Positions 36,615 through 48,214 of a stretch of 64,000 bases of DNA are shown one piece after another. Both the position numbers and the translations under genes were made by a program. Below the pieces are notes generated by a model. It had not been told where the DNA came from. It searched no databases and saw only the letters and a list, made by a program, of their open reading frames with translations. Origin of the DNA: Mustelus asterias. Taxonomy: Eukaryota. The DNA is taken from positions 121,396,001 to 121,460,000 of the forward strand of contig NC_135803.1 of assembly GCF_964213995.1 (NCBI RefSeq), given 5' to 3'. The number at the start of each line of letters is the position of its first letter. Position 1 is the first letter of the stretch.

Positions 36615-37505
36615 TCACAAGTTCAGTCGTATTGGAGGACCGCACCGTCTCTGCGACCTCCTCAACACTGGCGGTAACGCCGGTTCTGGTGACCGTGGTG
36701 ACCTTCTCTCCAAGGCGGTGTCCAGTGACTCCTCCAGTTCTTCACGGACAGGTGGACCTCGAGGTGGCGACAATCTGCTGGACTCGAGCACGCCTCGAGG
36801 TGGCGACAATCTCCTGGACTCAGGCAAGCTGTACACGGGAGTAAGAGGATTAAGTGGTGGTCCCGATACTGCCCGCGCCGTGTCAGGAAGGGAGATAAAG
36901 ATCAAGGGGTCCCTAACTAGGGTTGTGGGAGCGACTGGGGTTTCCAAGTCCCCTACAGGCGCCAGATCGCTAATAGAGACCGTGTCCTCTCGCCCGTCAG
37001 GATATGCCACATAGGCATATTGAGGGTTGGCGTGGAGGAGATGGACCTGTTCAACCAAAGGGTCGGACTTGCGGGTCCTAACATGCCGCTGCAGGAGGAC
37101 AGGTCCTGAGTACATCAACCAAGACGGCAATGAGGTCCCAGAGGAAGACTTCCTAGGGAAGGAAAACATCCTCTCATGTGGAGTAGCGTTGGTTGCCGTA
37201 CACAGGAGGGACCGGATGGAATGGAGCGCATCAGAAAGTACCTCTTGCCAACGGGAGACTGGAAGACCCTTAGACCTCAACGCCAGTAAGACAGCCTTCC
37301 AGACTGTAGCATTTTCTCTTTCAACCTGCCCGTTACCCTTGGGGTTGTAACTCGTAGTTCTACTTGAGGCAATCCTTTTTGAGAGCAGGTATTGCCTCAA
37401 GTCGTCACTCATAAATGACGAGCCCCTATCACTGTGGATATAGCTGGGGTAACCGAACAGGGTGAAAAGATCCCGTAATGCTTTGATAACCGTGGCTGCG
37501 GTCAT
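36615..37505 (-). CDS. Gypsy integrase catalytic core and C-terminus (separated by a 1-nt frameshift)
   Basis: IHSDRGSSF, YNPKGNGQVERENAT, terminal LRRSQR...PP motif. Confidence 0.9.
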   Translation of the reverse strand: MTAATVIKALRDLFTLFGYPSYIHSDRGSSFMSDDLRQYLLSKRIASSRTTSYNPKGNGQVERENATVWKAVLLALRSKGLPVSRWQEVLSDALHSIRSLLCTATNATPHERMFSFPRKSSSGTSLPSWLMYSGPVLLQRHVRTRKSDPLVEQVHLLHANPQYAYVAYPDGREDTVSISDLAPVGDLETPVAPTTLVRDPLIFISLPDTARAVSGPPLNPLTPVYSLPESRRLSPPRGVLESSRLSPPRGPPVREELEESLDTALERRSPRSPEPALPPVLRRSQRRCGPPIRLNL

Positions 37506-40003
37506 GTCTGAACAGGGAATGGCAAAGGGAATCGTGAGTACTCGTCAATCACGTTGAGGAAGTACACGTTCCGATCTGTCGAAGGAAGGGGGCCCTTGAA
37601 GTCCACACTCAGTCTTTCAAAAGGGCGAGTGGCCTTAATGAGGTGTGCCCTGTCAGGTCGGTAGAAGTGCGGTTTGCATTCAGCACATACCTGGCAGCTT
37701 CGGGTTATGGACCTGACATCATCCACTGAGTAGGGTAGATTCCGGGCCTTTACAAAATGGAAGAGCCGAGTGATCCCCGGATGGCAGAGATCATTGTGGA
37801 GGGCCTGTAATCGATCCTCCTGCACACTTGCACATGTTCCACGCGACAGGGCGTCTGAGGGCTCATTGAGCTTCCCCGGATGGTACATGATATCATAATT
37901 GTAGGTGGAGAGTTCGATTCTCCACCTCAAGATTTTATCATTTTTGATCTTACCCCGTAACGTGTTGTTGAACATGAACGCCACGGACCGCTGGTCCGTG
38001 AGCAGGGTGAATCGTTTTCCCGCTAAGTAATGGCGCCAATGCCAGACGGCCTCCACAATGGCCTGAGCCTCTTTTTCCACCGCGGAGTGCCGAATTTCAG
38101 GGCCTTGGAGGGTGCGAGAGAAAAAGGCGACAGGCCTGCCCGCCTGGTTAAGTGTGGCGGCCAGGGCGAAATCAGATGCATCACTCTCCACCTGAAAGGG
38201 GATGGACTCATCAACCGCGTGCATCGTGGCTTTCGCAATGTCGGCTTTTATCCCTTCAAAGGCTAAGCGAGCCTCTGCTGCCAGGGGAAAAGAGGTAGAC
38301 TTTATGAGCGGACGGGCTTTGTCCGCATAATTGGGAACCCACTGTGCATAGTATGAAAAGAAACCTAAGCATCTTCTCAGTGCTTTTATGCTAGTGGGCA
38401 GGAGAAGTTCAAGGAGGGGACGCATACGGTCTGGATCAGGGCCAAGGACCCCGTTTTCCACCACGTATCCGAGAATAGCTAGGCGGCGCTTGCTAAATAC
38501 ACTTTTCTCCCTGTTGTAGGTCAGATTCAGGCGAGGCGCAGTGCGTAAAAATCTAAGGAGATTGGCATCGTGGTCCTGCTGGTCATGGCCGCAGATAGTG
38601 ACGTTGTCCAGGTACGGGAAGGTAGCCCGCAGCCCGTTCTGGTACACCATTCGGTCCATTGCACGCTGGAAGACCGAGACCCCATTCGTGACGCCAAAGG
38701 GAACCCTTAAAAAGTGGTAAAGACGACCATCCGCCTCAAAGGCCGTATATTTTTGGTCCTCTGGGCGAATGGGGAGCTGGTGGTAAGCTGACTTCAAGTC
38801 AATGGTGGAGAACATCCGGTACTGCACAATCTGGTTGACCATATCAGATATGCGCGGGAGAGGATACGCGTCCAGCTGCGTGTATCTATTAATGGTCTGA
38901 CTATAGTCTATGACCATCCGGGGTTTGTCTCCAGTTTTAACCACCACGACTTGCGCTCTCCATGGACTAGTGCTAGGTTGAATGATCCCTTCCCTGAGGA
39001 GCCGCTGAACTTCAGATCGAATAAAGATCCGATCCTCAGCGCTGTAACGCCTGCTCTTATTTGCGATGGGCTTGCAGCCTGGCACGAGATTCTCGAATAA
39101 GGATGGTGGGGTGATTCTGAGTGTCGAGAGGCTACACGTGGAGCGCGCTGGGCAATTTGGAGGCTGCTGTGCTCCCACTGAAAGTGGAGGGAGTGGTCCA
39201 TCGTACTGCAGGATTACACTCCTCAGGTGGACCATAAAGTCTAGTCCCAGGAGTATCGGAGCGCAAAGGTGCGGTAACACGAGGAGCCTGAAGTTCTCAT
39301 GAACTGTGCCCCGCACCGTTAGGTTGACCACGCAGCTCCCAAGCACGGTAACAGACCGGGACCTTGACGCCATCGAAATTGTCTGTCTGACAGTCCGTAC
39401 TCGGAGACCCCACCGTTTCACGGTGTCAGGGTGAATGAAACTCTCCGTGCTCCCGCTGTCAAACAAACAATGAATTAGGCGTCCATTTACCTCTATGCCC
39501 ATCATGGACTTGTCGAGTCTGTGAGGCTTGGCCTGGTCCAGGATGATTGACGCCACCGTTGGGTCTTGAGTGCAACTGCAGGCAGCTGAGATGGTTGATG
39601 ATGATGACCCCTGCTGGTCGTCTGCGGTCGGTGCCGACCAAAATGGCTGTGCCCATGGATCGCATGTGGTCGGTGGCGCTAAAAGTGGCAGCTCCTGCAG
39701 GTCGCACGTGTCTTGCGTCTTCGTCGTCAGGAATGGCGGCGCTCTGGAATCGCACGTGGTGGAAGACCTCGAAGAAGCAGGAGACAAGGAGACAGGCTCT
39801 GGAGAATCACACACCGCGCTGCTATGCTTGGAGGGTGGTTTGGCCCTGCAGACTTTGGCATAATGCCCTTTCTTCCCACACGCGGAGCAAAATACCGTTC
39901 TGGCTGGACATCGCTGCCGAGGGTGTTTCACCAATCCACAGAAATAGCACCGCAGGCCTCCTGGAGCTGCTGCCGTCGTCAGGTCCGAGGTTGAAAACCA
40001 CAA
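37502..40003 (-). CDS. pol: Gypsy Gag zinc knuckles, protease, RT, RNase H and integrase N-terminus
   Basis: CYFCGLVKHPRQRC / CSACGKKGHYAKVC; LFDSGS protease; IDLKSAYHQ, PFGVTNG, YLDN; SDASD, EKEAQA, TDQ; HHCC zinc finger; SVDFKGP. Confidence 0.93.
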   Translation of the reverse strand: MWFSTSDLTTAAAPGGLRCYFCGLVKHPRQRCPARTVFCSACGKKGHYAKVCRAKPPSKHSSAVCDSPEPVSLSPASSRSSTTCDSRAPPFLTTKTQDTCDLQELPLLAPPTTCDPWAQPFWSAPTADDQQGSSSSTISAACSCTQDPTVASIILDQAKPHRLDKSMMGIEVNGRLIHCLFDSGSTESFIHPDTVKRWGLRVRTVRQTISMASRSRSVTVLGSCVVNLTVRGTVHENFRLLVLPHLCAPILLGLDFMVHLRSVILQYDGPLPPLSVGAQQPPNCPARSTCSLSTLRITPPSLFENLVPGCKPIANKSRRYSAEDRIFIRSEVQRLLREGIIQPSTSPWRAQVVVVKTGDKPRMVIDYSQTINRYTQLDAYPLPRISDMVNQIVQYRMFSTIDLKSAYHQLPIRPEDQKYTAFEADGRLYHFLRVPFGVTNGVSVFQRAMDRMVYQNGLRATFPYLDNVTICGHDQQDHDANLLRFLRTAPRLNLTYNREKSVFSKRRLAILGYVVENGVLGPDPDRMRPLLELLLPTSIKALRRCLGFFSYYAQWVPNYADKARPLIKSTSFPLAAEARLAFEGIKADIAKATMHAVDESIPFQVESDASDFALAATLNQAGRPVAFFSRTLQGPEIRHSAVEKEAQAIVEAVWHWRHYLAGKRFTLLTDQRSVAFMFNNTLRGKIKNDKILRWRIELSTYNYDIMYHPGKLNEPSDALSRGTCASVQEDRLQALHNDLCHPGITRLFHFVKARNLPYSVDDVRSITRSCQVCAECKPHFYRPDRAHLIKATRPFERLSVDFKGPLPSTDRNVYFLNVIDEYSRFPLPFPVQT

Positions 40004-40613
40004 TCGCGCAGTTTTTCAGAGCCGCTGGGTAGAGTTGAGTCGGTGGCTGCACTTGCCACGATGTTCCCACGTGGTCGGTGGGGTAAGTTTCTAGACTTCT
40101 GGAGGCCGTTTCCATCGTGTCAGCCAATTCCACCGTCTTAGCGAGGTCTAGGTTTCCTTGCTCTAGCAGCCGCAGGCGAATATACGATGAGCCGATTCCC
40201 GCCACGAACGCATCTCGGATCAAGTCGTTCGTATACTGGGCCGCCGACACTGGCTTGCAGTTGCAGGCTCTGGCTAGCTGCTGAAGTTCGTGCAGGTACT
40301 GTCCTGTCGTTTCACCGGGCTGCCGCCATCGAGTGGCTAGAAGGTGTCGAGCATGGATCTCGTTTGGCGGTTTGTTGTACAGTTTCTTAAGTAGTTCGAA
40401 AGCCCCTTTGTAGTCTTGGGCATTGCGGATTGATGAGTATACAGTGTCGCTTACCCTTGCGTGGAGGACCCGCAGTCTATCGGCGTCGTTTTGAATGGCT
40501 GTTGAGGCATCGATGTAGTCTTGAAAACACTTTAACCAATGGTCGAAAGTGTTCGACGCTCCCGCTGCACGTGGATCTAAGGTAAGCCGATCAGGTTTCA
40601 ACATTTGCTCCAT
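39822..40613 (-). CDS. gag: Gypsy Gag N-terminal part (frame diverges from homology near 40010)
   Basis: MEQMLKPDRLTLDP...HWLKCF...ARHLLAT.WRQPGE...LIRDAFVAGI..IRLRLLE. Confidence 0.85.
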   Translation of the reverse strand: MEQMLKPDRLTLDPRAAGASNTFDHWLKCFQDYIDASTAIQNDADRLRVLHARVSDTVYSSIRNAQDYKGAFELLKKLYNKPPNEIHARHLLATRWRQPGETTGQYLHELQQLARACNCKPVSAAQYTNDLIRDAFVAGIGSSYIRLRLLEQGNLDLAKTVELADTMETASRSLETYPTDHVGTSWQVQPPTQLYPAALKNCAIVVFNLGPDDGSSSRRPAVLFLWIGETPSAAMSSQNGILLRVWEERALCQSLQGQTTLQA

Positions 40614-41492
40614 GGTTTTTTTTACCAAAATTTTGTTAGTAATAAAATTGATGCGCGATTAAATCACTCGGGAGGCTGGATCGTACCCGGGAAATAAAGG
40701 CTTTTATTACTAACAAGAAGGGAGCATACTATATACAATACAATCCCAGACTAAAGGGTCACCAGGCAGTGCAGTGACCTTTATACTCCTCCAGGTAGGC
40801 GGAGCCAACTGGAGTGTACCACAGAACAATATCAACAGGTAGAACACCCCAACCCTAACCCCAACAGTAACATATCTACAAGTACCCATAGTGCTGACCA
40901 TCAATGGTTCAGTACTCATAGTGGTAACCAACTATGGTTCAACACACGTTCTAGTAAATCTCCTCCCCAGCTAAGACTTTGTCATCCTTCCTGCAGTCCA
41001 GTGTCCAGAACTGATCATTATAGTCCAAATAAGGCCTAGCCTACAGCGTCTAAATATTTAGCATTACTTCCTTGCTTTTGAGCTTGATGCCTCAACTAAT
41101 AAAGTCATATTTACTTGTGCTGCCACCTTCAAAGATTTCTTCTATAAACCACCAGGCCAATTGGATCATTTATGTTATATCACCTCTCCTCATCCTTACA
41201 AAATGCATCACTTCATCGTGCTTTCAATTGAATTTCATCTACCATGTGTCTCCTCATTTCACAGATGTCCCACTGGAGTCTGCTGCTATCTTCTGCAATA
41301 CTTTTCTGAGTTGTGTGCTATGGAGAAAGTATTGACGCCCTGAATACCAAATTCAGAAAAATAGCAAACAGCTTACATACAGTTGGACAACTCCTTGGAT
41401 GAGATGCATTCATTCCTGCAAACTCGCTTGGGAAAACATGTTAAAATTATTGGTTAGCATGCTGACTCATTTGGACTCCGACAGGGCATCTT

Positions 41493-41842
41493 ATAGAATC
41501 ATAGAGTCCCTACAGTGTAGGAAGCCATTCGGCCCATCAAGTCTGCACCAGTTCTCTGACAGAGAATCTTGCCCAGGCCCACTGGTCACCCTATCCCTGT
41601 AATCCCACACATTTACCCCGCTAATCCTCTTAACCTACACATCTTGGGACACTAAAGGGCAATTTAGCATGGCCAATCCACTTAACCTGCACATCTTTGG
41701 ATTGTGGAAGGAAACTGGAGCACCCAGAGGAAACCCATGCAGACATGGGGAAAACGTGCAAATTCCACACAGACAAGGCTGGAATTGAACCCAGGTCCCT
41801 GGCGCTGTGAGGCTGCAGTGCTAACCACTGTGCCACCGTGCC
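41493..41842 (-). mobile_element. HE1 SINE
   Basis: Reverse-complement head, V-domain and tail. Confidence 0.9.
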
Positions 41843-42597
41843 ATTCATCTAAACCATGTTGACAATAACTGTATTCGTATGTCATCAAATTACCTTCCAG
41901 GAGGAAATATTAAAGTGGATTCAAGTATGACTTTGGCTGAAGGTCACTATTAATGTTGGTTTTAAACTATGATACCTCTGCCTTCCACTGTACAAGTAGA
42001 AAATACAATTAAATATAAATTAAAATTAAAACACAATTAAACTACTCGTCATGCCACACCATTAAATATATATAATTAACAATATTGTTTGGCAACTAAA
42101 ATATTTTCAAAATACCACCTACTGGTTATTTCCCCTACACTTACTTCCTTTATAATTGAAACAAGAGTTCTGAAATCCAAGATCCAAGTCTATGGTGAAA
42201 GTGCTTTTAACATGAGCACTGGATGCAATATGGCAGTTCATTAGCTTCCCCTTCATTTTCTCTTATATTCAAATGAACATCGATTGACTAGTGACTTTCT
42301 AGCACATGCCTGAAGTTGCACTGAACGTAACTGGAAAAACCGTGAAATGATATTGGTAGTTAATGCATTGTGTAATTCTTAAATATAATCTCAATGATTT
42401 ACAAAAACTAACAGACTAACAATTATTGCTTTCCAAGTGAGCCGTGTAATTTATAACAAATTTAAAAATAGTAATTTCAAAACATTTTGTACATTTCAAA
42501 AGTACTTCATTGTGAAGTGCCCTGTCGTAGTGAAAGCCCCTTTGTAAATGTAGATCATTATTTTATGGTTTATTATCACCTTGTTTGTGTGTAGTTT

Positions 42598-42948
42598 TTT
42601 TTATTCATTTGTGGGACATGGGCATCGCTGGCTGGCCAGCATTTATTGCCCATCCCTAGTTGCCCTTGAGAGGGTATTGAGAGTCAACCACTTTGCTCTG
42701 GAGTCACATATAGGCCAGAACAGCTAAGGATGGTGGACTTCAATCCCTGAAGGACATTAGTGAACCAGATGGTTTTTCCCCCACAATCGACAATGGTTTC
42801 ATGGTCATCAGTAGTTTCTTAATTCCAGATTTTTAAAGTTGAATTCAAATTTCACCATCTGCCATGGCTGGAATCGAATCTGGTTCCCCAGAACATTAGC
42901 TGAGTTTCTGGATTAATAGTCCGCAATAATACCACTAAGCCATCGCCT
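42598..42948 (-). mobile_element. tRNA-derived SINE of a second family with LINE-derived tail
   Basis: Head GGCGATGGCTTAGTGGTA...GATTCGATTCC; tail AGGGATGGGCAATAAATGCTGGCC...TGAATAA, also seen at ~24020-24090. Confidence 0.7.
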
Positions 42949-44989
42949 TGCTATGCTATATAAGCAATTTGAATGAATTTGGAAAGTTGTTATTGCGGCA
43001 CAGTTCTCACAAAATTGCAAGTAAACAATTTTCTACTGCTTTGCCCATGCATTAGGAGTATAATCATTCTGGGAGTAAACATCATAGTGACTGAAGCAGA
43101 GTGGAAATTCTAAACTTGCGCTAAAGAGAGTCTGGATTTGCAGCATTAAATCCACTTAATCACTGCAAAAGATAGGTTCTTAGGTTGTAAACATCACTGA
43201 GTTTGTTTTCTCATTGTCAGAGTTTCTTTTGTTGGTGTGACATTGTGTAATTTTCTTCCCGAGAACTTCGAAGTTTAAGTTGCATCACACCCTTCTGCTT
43301 AGTTTCAATAAGGTTTATGGAGAAACAATTGACAAATTAAAGAGATTTGGGGGAAGCTCAATTCCTGGAATGAGCCTCTCAGAAAATTGTTACCGCAGTG
43401 GCTGTGGGCCAAGTATGCACTATGGCAGTGATTTTTATCTGCAGCAATATAAACTGATGCATTTTTCTGGTTCAGCTGAGGTTTTAAATTAATAATGTAA
43501 TCAGATTGCCAACGTATCCTTTTACTTTAACCAAAGATGGTACCATGTGAGAAAAGCCTCCTAAAATGTTTTAACATGATCTTGTCTATTTCCAAGTGCT
43601 GTTCCTAATAATTAAAATGTTCTTAACTTATTAGTTAGCAAATCAACATTACTTGTTTAATATTGTATCTGCCCATTTGATAACCATATCAGAGTCTCAT
43701 CAATCATTCTTGTTCTGGTGAATCTTATCTCTTGCCGTCTGATATTATTCTGTATTGGATCCTCCCCAGTATTGTTTCAACTGGTTTTGTAATTCATTGC
43801 CTATTCTACCTAATTGACCATTTTGTGGCAGCGAAGTAGCTCGGTGTTGATACCACTGTCAATCTTTTTTTCCATTGCGCCATATATAGTGATAACATTA
43901 CTATTTATTCACAATGTGTTTCACCTTTTAAGCAGCATATTTGATGTTAGATTATTTTTCTCTTTCGCTCCATTAATATCTCAACAGTCTGCCATTTATC
44001 TCAATATCTAGTCATTTGATATCTTGTATTGCCTGCTCTAAGGCTTACTCATAATGCATTACATAAAGCAGTGATTGTAGACAGTGCACTGCTTATTCTC
44101 ATTAACGTCTGAAATGTGAAAATACCATCCAGTCTACCCCACTTAAAGATCAGGCCCCAATTGTTTTACCCTCCCACCTCGATTGAGCTGTAATGAGGAA
44201 TCACACTTAAAAAAGGAAATTTCCTTCTGATGGTGTTGAATGAGTTGCTGCGAATTTTCAACATCTCTTGCTTTCATTGTGCTTCATTCACTACCTTTAA
44301 TCTGTCCAATTTACCTAACTTCCTAAGAAAGGTGAAATTTTAAAAATAACTTATTTGAAATTTCACCTTCACTCCAGAGAAGCATCCAGATACTGATCTA
44401 GCCTCGCAACTGGTATTATTCGGTTTGATTAGATATTTCACACATGACTCACCATGGATATTTTCCATCCCAGCAACATGCCTTCATATCATGCAGTATT
44501 TATTAATTGCATTGTGGTATTTAAGAATAAACTAAACTCCTAGCAGAATAGTTCAATGTGTAGAGCAGCAGCAGACCACTGCTGTTTATTGTATTTTTAC
44601 TATGCCTGCCCACTAAGTCTTGTTCCCTCCTAATTGCTCCCATAATCTGTACATTATTTGGTGTTAAAGTATTCTAACATTATTTTCTCAAGACATTGTT
44701 CATGGGTGGTCTGGGGTCTGCTTACTTTCAGGCTCAGAAGCACAGTATAGGGTGAGCGAGTGCAGGAGAATGGGACTGAGGCAAGCATGGAGCGAAGAGT
44801 AAAACACAGAGGGTCAAGAATTTTAAAATAAAACCTGCTGGATCTTGACAGGAGTATTTTTTCTATTTATCAGCTCCTGACATGGCAAACTTTTGACAAC
44901 TGCTCTGCTAGAAAAGAAAGTCCTGGATTTGACTGTAACTGGGAGAAAAAGCTTGCTTTCGCCAATCAAAATTTGGATGTGTCATTAAA

Positions 44990-47900
44990 GCATTTTTTTA
45001 TGATTGGCTGGTCCAATTAAATGTTTAGTCAATGGTGACTTCTGGGATATTGATGGTGTGGGATTCAGCAATATTAATACAGTTGAATTTCAAGTGGAGA
45101 TAGTCATTGCCTGGCACTTGTGTGGTGTGAAGGTTAGATGACACTTAGCAACATAAGCCTTAATGTTGTCCCAGTATGGTTGCAAGCAGGCACGGACTGC
45201 TTCGGTGTCTGAGGATATTGCAAATGTTACCAAACATTGTGCAATTTTCAGCTAATATCCCCACTTCTTACCTTCTGATGGAAGAGATGTCATCACAAAG
45301 TAGCTGAAGATGATTGGGTTTAGGACATTGCCCTGAGGAACTCCTGAAGCAATATCCTGGAGTCGAGATGATTGACCTCGAACAATAACCTACATCTTCC
45401 TTTGTGCTAAGTCTTACTCTAGCCAGTGAAGAGATTTTCCCCTCCATTTCCATTGACTTCAGTTTGGCTGGGGCTTCTTGATATCGCACCTGCTCAATTA
45501 TTGATATCAAGAGTCGTCACTTTCACCTCTAAATTCAGTTAATTTGTTCATGTTTTAGCCAAGATTGTAATGAGGTCTGGAGCAAAGTGCCCCTGGCTGC
45601 AATTATGTCTAAAGTCAAATGGTCCTGGCAGAATGCAAACTGAGCAGGTTGTTGGTGTTTGATAGTTTTGTCGACAACATGTTCCATCACTTTGCTGGGA
45701 ATTGAAAGTAGACTGATGGAGTGGCAATTGGTCAAACTGGATTTGTCCCTCCTTCTTTGTGAGTAGGGAATACTTAGTTTCCCTACTTAATTTTCCACAT
45801 TGTCAGTTAGACACAGCTAATTCTGAAGCACAAGCCTTTAGTATTACAACTGGCATGATGTTGGGTCACATAGCCTTTGCTGTGTCTAATGCATGCAGTC
45901 ACTTCCTGATTTCAGGCAGAGTGCATTGAATTTGGTGAAGATTGGTGTGTGAGATGTTGGGGAACCCAGGAGAAGATGGAGATGGTTCATCCACTCAGGC
46001 TTGTGGCTGAATATGATTGCGAATGCTTCAGCCTTGTCTTTTGCATTCATTGAGAATGCTGATGTTCATGGACCCTTCTCTTCCCTTCAGTTGTTTAATT
46101 GTCCACCGTCATTCCATGACTGGGTTTTACAGGACAACACAAGTTTTGATCTGTTCTGTTGGTTGTGGGATTGTTTACCTCTACTGCATGCTACTTCCAC
46201 AATTTAGGGCCCAATTTTACCATTGCTTCGCGCCCGTTTTTGGGCACGAAAACGTGGTAAAGTCAGGTGTGAGGCCATTAACGCGATCCGCGCCCGCGCC
46301 CGCGTCCACGCAGATGGCCACTTTACCGAGGCCCGGGAATGGCCGCGATCCGATTTGTGGCCCAAACGGGCGCAACGGCGATTTAAATGCATTTGCATGC
46401 ATTTCAATTGAATTAATGAACTGCCCGCCCAACTTTATCAGCATTTTCCCCATTATCACTGCGTTCACCAATCCGGAATCGGACCTCAATGGACATGCTG
46501 AATAAAAGCCTGTTTCGGGCGCTCCAGCTGCCGAAGAGATAAGTTCAACCAATGGCTCTTTGACTCAGATCAGTGGTGGGGGTGGGGGGCAGGCCAGATC
46601 ATTCTCTGGTTGGGGGGGGGGAAGGAGGAGATCGTTGTCTGGTTGGCGGGGGGGAGGGGGGGGGAGGAGGGCAGATCGTTATCTGGTGGGGGGGAGGAGG
46701 GCAGATCGTTGTCTGGTTGCGGGGGGAGGCAGGCAGATTATTCTCTGGTGAGAGGGTGGGGAGGGAGGAGGAGGCGGGTCAGATGTACCTCTAGGGGGGA
46801 GGGGAGGGAGGCCAGATGGATCTCTGGTGGGGGTGACGGGGGGGCAGGGGGGCCTGCTGCCACTCTGCGGGTGATCAGTGGGGGGGGCAGGGGGCAAGGG
46901 ATTGTGATCGGTCTGGGTAGCGGGGGGGTGAGTGGATAAGGGGGACAGTGATGTCTGTGGGGGCCATCGCTCCCGCTTTTTGCTCCCGGGTCGCTTTCTC
47001 CGCTTTCTGCGGCCCGGGAGCGATCCGACATGGGCGCGCTTTTTCAAATTTTCTTCTAACTGCGCATGCGCAGTTCAGAGCTCCGATTGTTTCGGGTGCG
47101 CTAAGCCGCGCCCACAGCGCAATTCAGACTCGCAATTTTTTTTCCAGGCTAAGTGCTAGTGGGGGCGCCTGAAAGCAGATTTCCAAGTCGGATCTGAATT
47201 GCACCCAGGTTCAGCACTTCGAATGAAAATGGTAAAATCAGGCCCTTAGTGTGCATGATGTGTAGCTTCACCAGGTTGGCACTTGTTTTGAGGTATGCCT
47301 GTTGCTGCTCCTGGCATAATCTCCTTCACTCCTCTCTGAACTAGGGTTGCTCTCCTGACTTGATGTAATAGTAAAGTGAGGGATAAGCCAGGACATGAGG
47401 TTAGAGATTTTAACGGAATACAAGTCTGCTACTGCAGCGCCTCATTGGATGCCCAACTTTGAGTCGCTGGAATCCATTGACCACTGTGGTTGTGCCACAA
47501 TGTTGGGTGTCTTCAGGGTGAAGATGGGATTTCAGACAAGATGTGGTCACTTCTGTGAATACTGGCTTGGACAAATGTATCTATTACAGATAGGTTGATG
47601 AAGACAAGGCCAGGTAGGTTTTTCTTTTATCACTATTTCATTCAAGGGATATGGGCTTCACTGGCTCATATTAGTCCACATATCCCAGACCTGGTCTGCC
47701 AGCTGTGTGTTTCAGACTTGGTCAGCACAGTCAGTAGTGGTGCTACTGAGCCTCTCTTAGTGATGGATATTAATGTTCTCCATCTGAGAGCATTCTGTCT
47801 TTTTGGTATCCTCTGTGCTTCTTCCAAGTGGTGTCCAACAAGTAACAGTACTAATCTTTCAACTGAGGGAAAGCAGTAGGTGGTAATCAGAGGATATTTT

Positions 47901-48010
47901 CTTTGTCCATGTTTGACCTGATGCCAAGAGATTTCATGGAATCCGGAGTCATTGTTGAGGACCGCCAAGGTTAACCCTCTCGACTATACACCACTGTGCC
48001 ATCATCTCTG
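44990..48010 (-). mobile_element. Old CR1/L2-group LINE (APE endonuclease and RT remnants) split by a Harbinger MITE
   Basis: SISLLSIPSKVME...AQFAF (RT, 45535-45735) and HEISWHQVKHGQ...LITTY..PS (APE region, 47666-47968). Confidence 0.75.
46207..47245. mobile_element. Complete non-autonomous PIF/Harbinger element (MITE)
   Basis: TIRs GGGCCCAATTTTACCATT / AATGGTAAAATCAGGCCC (16/18 match); TTA TSD (46204-46206, 47246-47248); CpG-rich, so probably young. Confidence 0.9.
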
Positions 48011-48214
48011 ATGTGTCTTTCCTGGTGGTAAAACAGGACATAATCAGGGATGATGCTGCAGAGGTCTGACATATTACTGAATGACACTGCTGCATTCTGA
48101 ATCTCTGCTGCTTGGTTAAAGTTCTTAAATTGAACAAGTCCCAGATGCATAAAGATAGCTGAGAACGCAGCAAAAATGAATCCATGGACTACAGATAAAG
48201 TGATAGATATAAGA

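Larger units (their letters stand above)
36245..40946 (-). mobile_element. Full-length Ty3/Gypsy LTR retrotransposon (Mag-like gag), inserted in an old CR1
   Basis: LTRs 40649-40946 (5') and 36245-36551 (3') with TG...CA ends, differing by 6 substitutions and one 9-bp indel. TSD CGTTC (36240-36244, 40947-40951). PPT AAGGAGGGGTGAA (36552-36564). Domain order gag-PR-RT-RH-INT. Confidence 0.97.

Noticed and set aside
36615-36900. Chromodomain or env-like extra domain after integrase
   Set aside because: The tail is low-complexity Pro/Ser/Arg with a 36-bp duplication; no chromodomain or transmembrane pattern.
39995-40020. Ty3-type programmed +1 frameshift
   Set aside because: The site reads GCG ATT, not GCG AGT T, and the shift lies upstream of the zinc knuckles; mutation or assembly error is more parsimonious.
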